Positions 18,501 to 25,716 of a DNA stretch of 64,000 nt are shown here, one piece after another. Numbering within the stretch: the first letter of the stretch is position 1; each line of letters opens with the position of its first letter. Both the position numbers and the translations under genes were made by a program. The notes below the pieces were generated by a model. That model made no database searches. It was not told where the DNA came from and saw only the letters and a list, made by a program, of their open reading frames with translations. The stretch comes from a bacterium (lineage in GTDB: Bacteria > Patescibacteriota > Minisyncoccia > Minisyncoccales > UBA10102): contig JAUSJT010000001.1 in assembly GCA_030647485.1 (NCBI GenBank), positions 76,947 through 140,946 on the forward strand. The letters run 5' to 3'.

Positions 18501-19887
18501 GAACAGCACCACGCTGACCACTGCGGGAGCCCTTGCCTTGAACGGCGGAGCAACAGGAACCAGTTTTGCCACGGGTGATGTTCTCACCACGCTTACCAAG
18601 GTGAATACAGACGCAGGCAGCATTAACGCTATGGCAATGGCTTTGGCTGTTGGCGACCTGGTGTACGTGCACGACGCAAGCACTGTTGCAAACGATGGTT
18701 TCTACACTATTGCAACCGCAATTGCTTCAGGCGCAGATGCTACAGGAGCTACGACCTTGTCTGGAGACGCAATTTCTACCGTAGGCACGGCGTTGACTCT
18801 TGTTGCAGGCGACTCCATCACCAAGTTCACTAACTCCAATGGTCTTGCTGGCAACACCATGAGGTTTGAAGAGGTAGAGCCAGTAATTACAGTTGGTTCT
18901 ACTCCGGCCTCTGGTTCTGCCACGCCAAGCACCACGCAGACCGTAGCAACGTTTAACGTGAAAGCATCTGGAACAAGAGACATCACGTTTGACACCCTGG
19001 TAATTGAGAAGACCGGCGCAACCGCATCGTGGAACGTGAGAGACTTTAAGCTCTACAACGGAACCACGCTGTTGGCTGAAGTGTCCGGGCTTGCCTCAAA
19101 CACCAGAACGTTGACCGACGCTGGCGGCACCACGGCAACGGTTGAAGTAGCAGACAACGGAACCATTGGATTTGCTCCGAGCGACACCGTTCTCTATATT
19201 GACAGAGACGCAGAGCAGTTCTCTGGAGCAACTACCGTGAGCACCGTTACTGACTCTGACACTATTGTTCTTGCAGCTGATGTTGTTGGAGGCACTTCTG
19301 CCGCAACAGACTACCTTGTAAAGTACGGGGTAAGCGACACTGACGCTGCAGCGGCAACTACTGTTGTTGACGTAGCAGACGGCAGCAAATACCAGGTTGG
19401 CGATCAGATTTACGCCATTCCTTCCACTGCCGCTAACGCAGGTGGGGCAACCGTAGCCTCTGTGGGCGCAACATCCGTTACCCTCACATTGGCTGCCTTG
19501 TCTGGTATTGCAGATAACGCTGCTATTCTTGGCACCGAAGCTACTACCATATACAACCTCACGAGAGGCAGCAACACCGTAGTGTTTGGAGCAGCTTCCC
19601 CAACAACCGCGCTTGCTTCGCAGACTATTACCGCAGGCCAAACTCTTACGTTAACCGTAGAAGCGGACACAACGTACGTGAAGAGAGCCGTGGTAAGTTC
19701 TGCAATAAGCTCGGCAGCAGCAAGCTTTGGGATCAAGATCCCTGGAACAACTGGACCTTTGCAGGTTACGACATCGCAGGTTGAAGGATTTAACTGGGAT
19801 TACACCCCGTTGAACACCACAGGCACTGCGTTGCCTCGAACCGAAAGCGACAGCTATCCAGTGAACGGCCCAACTCTAAACTACTAA
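15508..19887 (+). CDS. 1459-aa secreted surface protein with an N-terminal coiled-coil/PG-binding anchor, TP linker and Thr/Ala/Gly-rich Ig-like repeats
   Basis: Signal peptide. PG_binding_1-like segment [15 protein letters not shown]...FGNLTRAAVVKYQNKY. Linker TPTPTPTPTPTPTPTPT. About 1250 aa of low-charge T/A/G/V-rich sequence typical of S-layer/adhesin proteins. Confidence 0.8.
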   Translation: MSKLKQTFATVTILSVLVWGALPGGVTALTSAELEAQINALMAQLNTLQGQLPSSTPSTSGAPAACAGITFARSLTVGSSGTDVKCLQALLNSSADTQVSASGVGSAGNESLYFGNLTRAAVVKYQNKYAAEILTPLGLSAGTGFFGAASRTRANTLLAAAPVATTPTPTPTPTPTPTPTPTTGPVSVALASDNPAAKTLGASSAYNTLVKVQVNGGSAGASVTSVTVERFGLSVDTNVAGVLIVDANGNRKGNVVTLATNVATIPFTSDPIVVPANGSAVFSVQAHMAAGATAGTMGFKVTAVSGTPSGLPLIGNLNTLSATTGILGSVTVGTVSQTTASVSVDIGQTDYVLTKFRVTEGSGNEDVKVSKITVFQNGTASDADLTNWDLVDINGNVLATVAQATSKTVVFNLATPYALAKGTNRDLTVRVDVASGSQRTGQAIIQNDYDMQVTGTSTGLGILPTAVAIGGSGDTSFPVGDIASGTAGYNLLTVNQGTITVNKSGTSPSGIVGIGQTNVTLAVFELNAQGEDIQIQRADIFVTGTSVAADFAGTVKLMTDAGQTLYSVAASTAALYDDDTAGTDVVTFSTYYTIPAGTTLKVKLVADASSTIDGTDTAIGNISDVYFKRMTTNTYGTASAATTVAGNTLTATAATLTVVSNASVGATTVIEGGSNVLLGSYLLQTSSAEAVNVSSIATRIARAGASTTVITPVSNLKLKRTDTGAQLGTIISAPATIADGFSTNTFSVSGQLNIPASTTVQIDLYANLSTAASDGGTDDTFITSIAASVVSGVGAISGTSITGPTAAITGRTLTVVEGGTLALSIDTSGAASSQFFTSGLAGVEMGRVKLAATVEDMKITRLVLRSVNGAGNVANVKLLGTGLSSDPSVPLTAGTATFTFAAGSEMTVPAYSSRVVTAVVDLTGSGTIIASRLGVLGFGTADALGAGSGLTVQERLTGTVEVAGTNTFAGAAGDVVYFTATAAAGTNTTPGFWMVTTVNSTTLTTAGALALNGGATGTSFATGDVLTTLTKVNTDAGSINAMAMALAVGDLVYVHDASTVANDGFYTIATAIASGADATGATTLSGDAISTVGTALTLVAGDSITKFTNSNGLAGNTMRFEEVEPVITVGSTPASGSATPSTTQTVATFNVKASGTRDITFDTLVIEKTGATASWNVRDFKLYNGTTLLAEVSGLASNTRTLTDAGGTTATVEVADNGTIGFAPSDTVLYIDRDAEQFSGATTVSTVTDSDTIVLAADVVGGTSAATDYLVKYGVSDTDAAAATTVVDVADGSKYQVGDQIYAIPSTAANAGGATVASVGATSVTLTLAALSGIADNAAILGTEATTIYNLTRGSNTVVFGAASPTTALASQTITAGQTLTLTVEADTTYVKRAVVSSAISSAAASFGIKIPGTTGPLQVTTSQVEGFNWDYTPLNTTGTALPRTESDSYPVNGPTLNY

Positions 19888-19954
19888 CCACCTTGTGGCT
19901 TTGCTCTTAGGACTATGTTCTAGGGACAGAGTTGGTTAGTAAGTTAGAAGCCAG

Positions 19955-19983
19955 CCCCCACACTCATTCTTGAGTCGTGGGGG
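19955..19983. repeat. CCCCAC...GTGGGG hairpin element, copy B
   Basis: CCCCCACACTCAttctTGAGTCGTGGGGG, 68 nt after the stop of the 1459-aa gene. Confidence 0.7.
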
Positions 19984-20092
19984 TTTGGTTTCTGCGCGAT
20001 TATCTGCGTGATACTTGCGCGATTATTTTATCTATAGCTAAAATAGTCAAGAAACTAATGACTGATGAAGATCCTGGAATTCCTGGATTCAG

Positions 20093-20236
20093 GTAGGCAG
20101 GATTGCAGTGAGCGATGTCGTTGATACTCTTGAGTGCCCAAAGCGAACAGCGCAAGCCCATCTCCAACGACTCAAAACTTTAAAGATTATCAAACAAGTC
20201 GGCAAAGGGCCCGCTTCTGCCTATATATTGGAATGA
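20093..20236 (+). pseudogene. Orphan wHTH gene fragment (3' remnant of a Fic-like or regulator gene)
   Basis: Translates to VGRIAVSDVVDTLECPKRTAQAHLQRLKTLKIIKQVGKGPASAYILE*. It has no start codon or upstream body, and parallels the C-terminal wHTH of the Fic protein. Confidence 0.45.
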
Positions 20237-20240
20237 TATG

Positions 20241-20301
20241 ATTGAGCGTATTGGACAAGGCCGTTCAACAAGTTATGTGATATCACGGATTAATACAGAT
20301 T
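20241..20301 (+). repeat. 61-bp duplicate of the Fic gene 3' end (copy 1)
   Basis: attgagcgtattggacaaggccgttcaacaagttatgtgaTatcacggattaatacagatt is 60/61 identical to 21357-21417. Confidence 0.9.
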
Positions 20302-20324
20302 TGCTAATCCGTTATAATCTGCTA
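20284..20324. repeat. Phased ATCNG pentamer half-modules (inverted pair)
   Basis: cacggattaatacagatt (reverse orientation) followed by aATCCGttataATCTGcta. Confidence 0.6.
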
Positions 20325-20342
20325 TAGTTGATATATCGGAAT

Positions 20343-21419
20343 ATGACAAAAAATAATAGATTAGACCAGCGGCTTTTGCAGATACCAGCTGAAATTTGGT
20401 CAAAAATAACACATATAGACGAGTTGAAGGGGCAATGGGTTGCTGGCGCTCGGCTTTCTCCTCAGGTTTTAGGCCGTCTTAAGCGATCAGTTTTGATTAC
20501 TTCAACTGGCGCCTCAACTCGTATTGAGGGCGCGAAACTATCTGACGAAGATATTGAAAAACTGATGCGCGGTATTAATATCCAGAAATTCACAGACCGC
20601 GATAAGCAGGAAGTGAAGGGATATTTTGAATTGCTTGAAAATGTCTTTGATTCTTGGGAATCTCTTACGTTTGGCGAAAACTCCATCAAGCATTTCCATG
20701 GGGAGCTTTTAAAATATGTGACGAAAGACGAGGATCACCGCGGCGAATATAAGAAGCAAGAAAATCAAGTGCAGATGATAAATGCGGCAGGTGAGTCAGT
20801 TGGCATACTTTTTAAGACTACGCCCTCGTATCTCACACCCAAAGAAATGCAGGAACTGGTTGAGTGGACCAAAGAAGCTCTTGTTGAGAAAAAATACCAC
20901 CCGCTTCTTATCGTGGGCAATTTTCTTGTTGAGTTTTTGCAGATACATCCATTTCAAGACGGCAATGGACGGCTTTCCCGCGTTCTTACAAACCTCCTCC
21001 TACTTAAAGAAGGCTACTTGTATATGCCATATGCTTCGCATGAAAAATTTGTTGAAGACAACAAGCCGGAGTATTATCTTGCGCTTCGCCAAAGTCAACA
21101 GACATTTAAAACGGGCAATGAGACTGTCATTCCGTGGATGGATTTCTTTTTGACTATTTTTTTGAAGCAGTCAGAAATGGCCATTGACCTTTTGTCTAAA
21201 GAAAACATTGAGAGGCTGCTTACTCAAAAACAACTCGCTGTTTGGAATTATCTCCAGAAAGCTGTTAGCGCTACACCGCGCGAAATCTCCAAAGAGACAA
21301 AAGTTGCTTATCCAACTGTTAGGCAGGCAATCGATAAGCTGATGCGCCTCAAAAAGATTGAGCGTATTGGACAAGGCCGTTCAACAAGTTATGTGACATC
21401 ACGGATTAATACAGATTAA
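20343..21419 (+). CDS. Fic/DOC-family protein (class II, N-terminal inhibitory motif) with C-terminal wHTH
   Basis: Canonical Fic motif HPFQDGNGRLSR. Inhibitory-helix motif S-T-R-I-E-G ([ST]xxxE[GN]). C-terminal HTH. The ORF-track TTG at 20328 is less likely than ATG 20343. Confidence 0.9.
   Translation: MTKNNRLDQRLLQIPAEIWSKITHIDELKGQWVAGARLSPQVLGRLKRSVLITSTGASTRIEGAKLSDEDIEKLMRGINIQKFTDRDKQEVKGYFELLENVFDSWESLTFGENSIKHFHGELLKYVTKDEDHRGEYKKQENQVQMINAAGESVGILFKTTPSYLTPKEMQELVEWTKEALVEKKYHPLLIVGNFLVEFLQIHPFQDGNGRLSRVLTNLLLLKEGYLYMPYASHEKFVEDNKPEYYLALRQSQQTFKTGNETVIPWMDFFLTIFLKQSEMAIDLLSKENIERLLTQKQLAVWNYLQKAVSATPREISKETKVAYPTVRQAIDKLMRLKKIERIGQGRSTSYVTSRINTD
21357..21417 (+). repeat. 61-bp repeat (copy 2), the native 3' end of the Fic gene
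   Basis: See 20241-20301. One mismatch (C vs T). Confidence 0.9.
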
Positions 21420-21462
21420 GACGGCACGGATTTATACAGATACTACAGATTTATGCGGATAC
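21400..21462. repeat. Phased ATCNG pentamer modules, reverse orientation (1.5 modules)
   Basis: Reverse complement reads gtATCCGcataaATCTGtagtATCTGtataaATCCGtg plus aATCTGtattaATCCGtg. Spans the Fic stop and the 3' end of the GxxExxY gene. Confidence 0.7.
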
Positions 21463-21855
21463 TCCCTTAGTGTGAATGAAACGTTTGATGATAAGCTTCC
21501 GAGGAGTAAAGGCAACCAAGAAGCCCAGCTCATAGGGTGATCCTTTGAGATAGCCCCAGAATTGTTTTTCGTCTTCGCTAGTCAAGAATGGTTTTGATTT
21601 TAGCTCAATCATAATCTTTTTGTCCACAACAAGATCGGGAATATATGTCCCTATCTTTTCACCTAGATAGGACAAGCTTATTCTGACTTGATGTCCTACC
21701 TCCATACCTTGTTTTTTAAGCTGTGCTGATAGAGCACGCTCAATAATCTTCTCTTTAATCCCTCCGCCAAGAGTATTATAGACCTGAAAACATGCGCCTC
21801 GGATCTTGTATGATTCTTCTTCATAAAGCAACTTACCTGGTTCTTTATTTCCCAT
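21451..21855 (-). CDS. GxxExxY-family protein (PD-(D/E)xK-like fold)
   Basis: 134 aa. EESYKIRGACFQVYNTLGGGIKEKIIERAL...IPDLVVDKKIMIELKS matches the family pattern (restriction-endonuclease-like D...ExK core). Confidence 0.65.
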   Translation of the reverse strand: MGNKEPGKLLYEEESYKIRGACFQVYNTLGGGIKEKIIERALSAQLKKQGMEVGHQVRISLSYLGEKIGTYIPDLVVDKKIMIELKSKPFLTSEDEKQFWGYLKGSPYELGFLVAFTPRKLIIKRFIHTKGVSA

Positions 21856-21870
21856 AAGGTGTATTTTACA

Positions 21871-21908
21871 GTATCCGTATCAATCCGTTAAATCCGTATA
21901 TATCCGTG
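21871..21908. repeat. Phased ATCNG pentamer module
   Basis: gtATCCGtatcaATCCGttaaATCCGtatatATCCGtg. Pentamers at 21873, 21883, 21892 and 21902 (10-9-10 spacing). Confidence 0.75.
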
Positions 21909-21973
21909 ATGTGGTTACAAAGTTATCCACAGCTTGACACCTTGCTATGCTTTTTAAGTATCGTATAATAGTT

Positions 21974-22012
21974 GTATCCGCATCAATCAGCAGTATCAGT
22001 ATTCATCAGCGG
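21974..22012. repeat. Phased ATCNG pentamer module
   Basis: gtATCCGcatcaATCAGcagtATCAGtattcATCAGcgg. Pentamers at 21976, 21986, 21995 and 22005. Confidence 0.75.
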
Positions 22013-22046
22013 TTTTAATATAAAGGTCGTAGTATTGAGTTTTCAA

Positions 22047-22084
22047 CATCCGCATTAATCTGTAGTATCCGCATTAATCAGCGG
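22047..22084. repeat. Phased ATCNG pentamer module
   Basis: cATCCGcattaATCTGtagtATCCGcattaATCAGcgg. Pentamers at 22048, 22058, 22067 and 22077. Lies 112 nt upstream of ATG 22197. Confidence 0.75.
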
Positions 22085-22196
22085 TATTGCAAAAAGTCGA
22101 AATCAAAAATTTTCACCTCTCATTATTTATAGATGCATAATAAGTAATGGGGGAATGGGAATAATAAACAATTCATAACAATTACCAAATTCATAA

Positions 22197-25100
22197 ATGA
22201 GTACTAAAGTTTTAAAGTATATTTCAGTTTGTTTGTTGGTTCTGGTATTCGGCGCGCTCGGAACAGGAGTCGCAAACGCTATTGTCACCCTGAACGCAAC
22301 TTCGGTAACCTCTGACGTCGCCCTCACTCTGACAGCAGCCGCGGCCTCAACATGGTCAACAAGCGCAGGAGCATTGACAATTACAGGAGCAGGAGCTTCC
22401 ACATGGTCAGTCACATCAGGAGATCTTACAGTTTCAACAGGCGCTGGCGCCCTTCTGCTTACAGCAGTTGGCGCAACGGCTGGAGACATAACCCTAACAG
22501 CCGGTGATGACTTTACCGTAAACGGTGCAGCCACTTCTCTGTACAACATTGGCGCCGCAACAACAGGTGGCACCATTATCATTGGAGGTACAGCTCAAAC
22601 AGGACTTATGTCTTTTGGTGACACTGACGCTTCAGTTGTCACAGAGATTTCCATTGGTGGTGGCAACGGCAACAAGACAGCCATCAACATTGGAGATGGC
22701 ACCGGAGCAAACGGGATTAACATTGGTACTGGTACCACTGGAATCAAGACGATTAAAATCGGTGATGACGCTACAGCCGTAAATGCAATCACAATAGGCG
22801 GCGCTGCATCCAACCTCGTTCTTAGTGATGCTCAATGGAGTATTACTGGTACTGGTCTTATCACTACAGCTGGCGTAGCCGATGGTACTGATACCTTGGT
22901 TCTCACCGCAGGTGACATCCTTGTCACCAACGGTGACTTGGATCTTTCGGGTGGTGACTTTAATGTGGTCCTCGATGCAGCTGATGGCGTAAACATTTCA
23001 AAGGGTGCGGCGCCAACCGCCGATGTGTTCACGATTGCAGGTGGCACTCCAGTCACAGCCAACGTTGATGGTCTTAACATCTCATTGACGACCGCTGAAG
23101 GCGCAACCGGTTCAACCTTGCTTAATTTGAACCCAACCTTTGCCGCCACGACAGCAAGCACCTTCAATGTCTTAAACGTTGCCGCCTTCACCGCAACCTC
23201 GACCACAAACGCAATGACCGCTCGGGCCATTGCCATTGGTGTCCTGACAGAAGCAGGCACAGGTACAGTGGCTTCAACAGCAATGAGTGTAGGTACCGGC
23301 TGGGACAATATCTTTGATACAGGTGGATTTGACGTAGTAAATGTTACTGGCGCGACCACCATTACTGGTTCAGCAGAAGGCACAGCCGCATTGACGCTCG
23401 CTCTTGGTGATGTGGTGCTTACCGATGGAGACCTGACGCTTACAAGCGGTCAAATTGAGGTTCCTGACAACGCAGTTTCTTTTGAAGTGCTTGTAGACGC
23501 CACAGGCGGAGCGGCTTACTTGGCTCTTGTAACCACTGATGGCTCTGAAACCATGGTCTTCGGCCACGGCACGGTTGACTCCATTACCTTTACCACTGAT
23601 GGCACGGGTACTGGAGAAATCGTTCTCCCGCTTCTCTCTATCGCCGGAGCTGAAATGGTGAGTGATACAGTAACCGCGACGCAGCTTGCCGCAGCCTTAA
23701 CCTTTGCAGCGCTTGACTACGTAGACCTGGCCTTGATTGTTCAAAACTCGACGGCTGATCAGGGGCTTCGCTTGCCACAGGCGGCGAGTGCCACCCCAAC
23801 AAGTCCAACTAACTCTTTAGAAGGATTAATTGCTTGGAATGCAGCCGATAATCAAGTAATAGTATATAGCGGTTCTGCATGGACAACTGCAATTGGCAAT
23901 ACTACAGCTGCAAACACCTGGACCGATAATCAGATCTACACTTTCGGAACTGACGAGGATATTGCGATTACCAACGCTTCTGCGACTACCGTTGATGTAT
24001 TATCTCTTACCGTTACCAATACCGACGCAGACGCTGCACAAATTTCTCTGACGCTAGGAAATGACACCGGTGTTGATACTACCGCCGCATTGAATCTTGC
24101 AGTCACAAGCGCCATAACAGGAGATGTTGACGTATTGGTTGGGCTTAACATTGCAGACCTTACTACGCCAGACAACGTTACAGTAGTAGAACGAGCTCTC
24201 GTTATTGGGAGTGGCTGGGATGCAAATCTCTTGTTTGCAGACACCACCACCCAGATTCAGATTACTGATACAGGAACCTATGTCTTTGAAAACGTCACTG
24301 GCACAGATTTCTTGGCCTTAAGTGTCACCCTAGCAACCTTTGCAGGTGACCTCACGTTAACCGGCGGAGACATCACAGGCACAGGTTCAGAATCAATCGA
24401 TATTTCTGAAGCCACAGCCAATGCCTTCACCTTTACAAGAAACGACGCGGGAACTGTTACCCTTACTGCCGCAGATGATGACGGTACCGCTGCCCTCACC
24501 ATTGTGGCCGGAGGCACTGCCACCCTCTCCATTGGAGACTCTGGAGACACCCTGGCCTTCACAGGAGTGGACATGAACTTTGCCATCATTGACGGCCAGT
24601 CTGTGAACATTGACGGGGACGCCACTCCAACCGCTGATCTTGTCACGATTGGATCTGGCGACACCACCGCAACAGCCAGCCTTGACGGTCTTAACATCAC
24701 CTTGATTACCGCTGAAGGCGCGGACGGTTCAACCCTTCTTAACCTGAACCCAACCTTTGCTGCCACAACAGCGAGCACCTTTAACGTGATGAACATAGCC
24801 GCATTCACCGCAACCTCCACAACAAACGCAATGACCGCTCGAGCCATAAGTATTGGCGCCCTGACAGAAGCTGGCAATGGTACGGTGGCTTCCACGGCCA
24901 TAAGCATTAGCACGGGTTGGGACAACATCTTTGACACAGGCGGCTTCGATGTCGTTAATGTCACAGGAGCAACAACCATTACCGGCTCTGCCGAAGGCAC
25001 CGCTGCTTTGACGCTCGCTCTTGGAGACGTTGTCCTTACAGATGGAGACCTTACCCTTACGAGTGGTCAGATTGAGGTTCCAGATAACGCCACCTCCTTT

Positions 25101-25679
25101 CAAGTCATTGTAGATAACGCGGCTGGAGCTGCTTATCTTGCCCTTGTCACCACTGATGGTGCTGAAACCATGGTCTTTGGCCATGGCACAGTAGATTCTG
25201 TTACCGTAACCACAGACGGCACAGGAGATGCAGAAGTAGTATTGCCAGCAGCATCCGTTGGCGAGTCTGAATTAGTAGCTTCTTCAGGCACGGGGCTTGG
25301 CGTTCTTCGTACAGCTCGCGCTCGGTATGTCTTTGGGACAGATAGTGGAACGTCAGGAACGGGAACGATTGCAGCCACAGCCGCTATTCCAGACAACGCA
25401 GTTATTGTGGGAGGAAGCATTAATTCCACAACAGCCGCTACTTCAGGAGGCTCGGCTACCATAGCGTTCGGAGTTACTGCAGGCGGAGCCACTGATACTA
25501 TCTTGGCCGCAGCCGCAGTAGCTACTTTGAGCTCAGACGCGTTGCTTAACGCTACTCGCACCTTCGCGTCTCCGTACAAGATGACTGCCGCAGGAAACAT
25601 CAACATCACCATAGCAGTAGCAGATTTGACCGCAGGCGTGATTGAAGTCACAGTATTGTACTATGTAGCAGCTAACTAA
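22197..25679 (+). CDS. 1160-aa secreted Thr/Ala/Gly-rich surface (S-layer-like) protein with a large internal duplication
   Basis: Signal peptide MSTKVLKYISVCLLVLVFGALGTGVANA. Low-charge T/A/G/V composition. Duplicated ~210-aa domain. No PG-binding module of its own. Confidence 0.8.
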   Translation: MSTKVLKYISVCLLVLVFGALGTGVANAIVTLNATSVTSDVALTLTAAAASTWSTSAGALTITGAGASTWSVTSGDLTVSTGAGALLLTAVGATAGDITLTAGDDFTVNGAATSLYNIGAATTGGTIIIGGTAQTGLMSFGDTDASVVTEISIGGGNGNKTAINIGDGTGANGINIGTGTTGIKTIKIGDDATAVNAITIGGAASNLVLSDAQWSITGTGLITTAGVADGTDTLVLTAGDILVTNGDLDLSGGDFNVVLDAADGVNISKGAAPTADVFTIAGGTPVTANVDGLNISLTTAEGATGSTLLNLNPTFAATTASTFNVLNVAAFTATSTTNAMTARAIAIGVLTEAGTGTVASTAMSVGTGWDNIFDTGGFDVVNVTGATTITGSAEGTAALTLALGDVVLTDGDLTLTSGQIEVPDNAVSFEVLVDATGGAAYLALVTTDGSETMVFGHGTVDSITFTTDGTGTGEIVLPLLSIAGAEMVSDTVTATQLAAALTFAALDYVDLALIVQNSTADQGLRLPQAASATPTSPTNSLEGLIAWNAADNQVIVYSGSAWTTAIGNTTAANTWTDNQIYTFGTDEDIAITNASATTVDVLSLTVTNTDADAAQISLTLGNDTGVDTTAALNLAVTSAITGDVDVLVGLNIADLTTPDNVTVVERALVIGSGWDANLLFADTTTQIQITDTGTYVFENVTGTDFLALSVTLATFAGDLTLTGGDITGTGSESIDISEATANAFTFTRNDAGTVTLTAADDDGTAALTIVAGGTATLSIGDSGDTLAFTGVDMNFAIIDGQSVNIDGDATPTADLVTIGSGDTTATASLDGLNITLITAEGADGSTLLNLNPTFAATTASTFNVMNIAAFTATSTTNAMTARAISIGALTEAGNGTVASTAISISTGWDNIFDTGGFDVVNVTGATTITGSAEGTAALTLALGDVVLTDGDLTLTSGQIEVPDNATSFQVIVDNAAGAAYLALVTTDGAETMVFGHGTVDSVTVTTDGTGDAEVVLPAASVGESELVASSGTGLGVLRTARARYVFGTDSGTSGTGTIAATAAIPDNAVIVGGSINSTTAATSGGSATIAFGVTAGGATDTILAAAAVATLSSDALLNATRTFASPYKMTAAGNINITIAVADLTAGVIEVTVLYYVAAN
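23004..23630 (+). repeat. Internal ~630-bp domain duplication, copy 1
   Basis: Encodes GAAPTADVFTIAGG...TDGTGTGEIVLP. Paralogous to 24614-25247. Confidence 0.85.
24614..25247 (+). repeat. Internal ~630-bp domain duplication, copy 2
   Basis: Encodes GDATPTADLVTIGSG...TDGTGDAEVVLP. A 60-aa block is identical to copy 1 despite many synonymous differences. Confidence 0.85.
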
Positions 25680-25716
25680 GCTTAATCAATCCTAACCTTT
25701 AGGTTAACTGTATAGG

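Noticed and set aside
15641-19736. Many long minus-strand and off-frame ORFs inside the Thr/Ala-rich surface genes. The same occurs at 22127-25651 and 28789-36879.
   Set aside because: They are a compositional artefact, because GC-rich, stop-poor repetitive coding sequence keeps several frames open. Only the + frames carry signal peptides, domain repeats and anchor modules.
21871-22084. Short direct repeats that might be a CRISPR array. The same applies at 28051-28287.
   Set aside because: The units are 19 bp, contiguous or irregularly spaced, and lack unique spacers of uniform length. No cas genes are in the window. The architecture is phased pentamers, not repeat-spacer.
23004-25247. Internal repeat pair as a diversity-generating retroelement template/variable repeat
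   Set aside because: Differences are spread over all four bases and are mostly synonymous rather than adenine-specific. No reverse transcriptase or accessory gene is present in the window.
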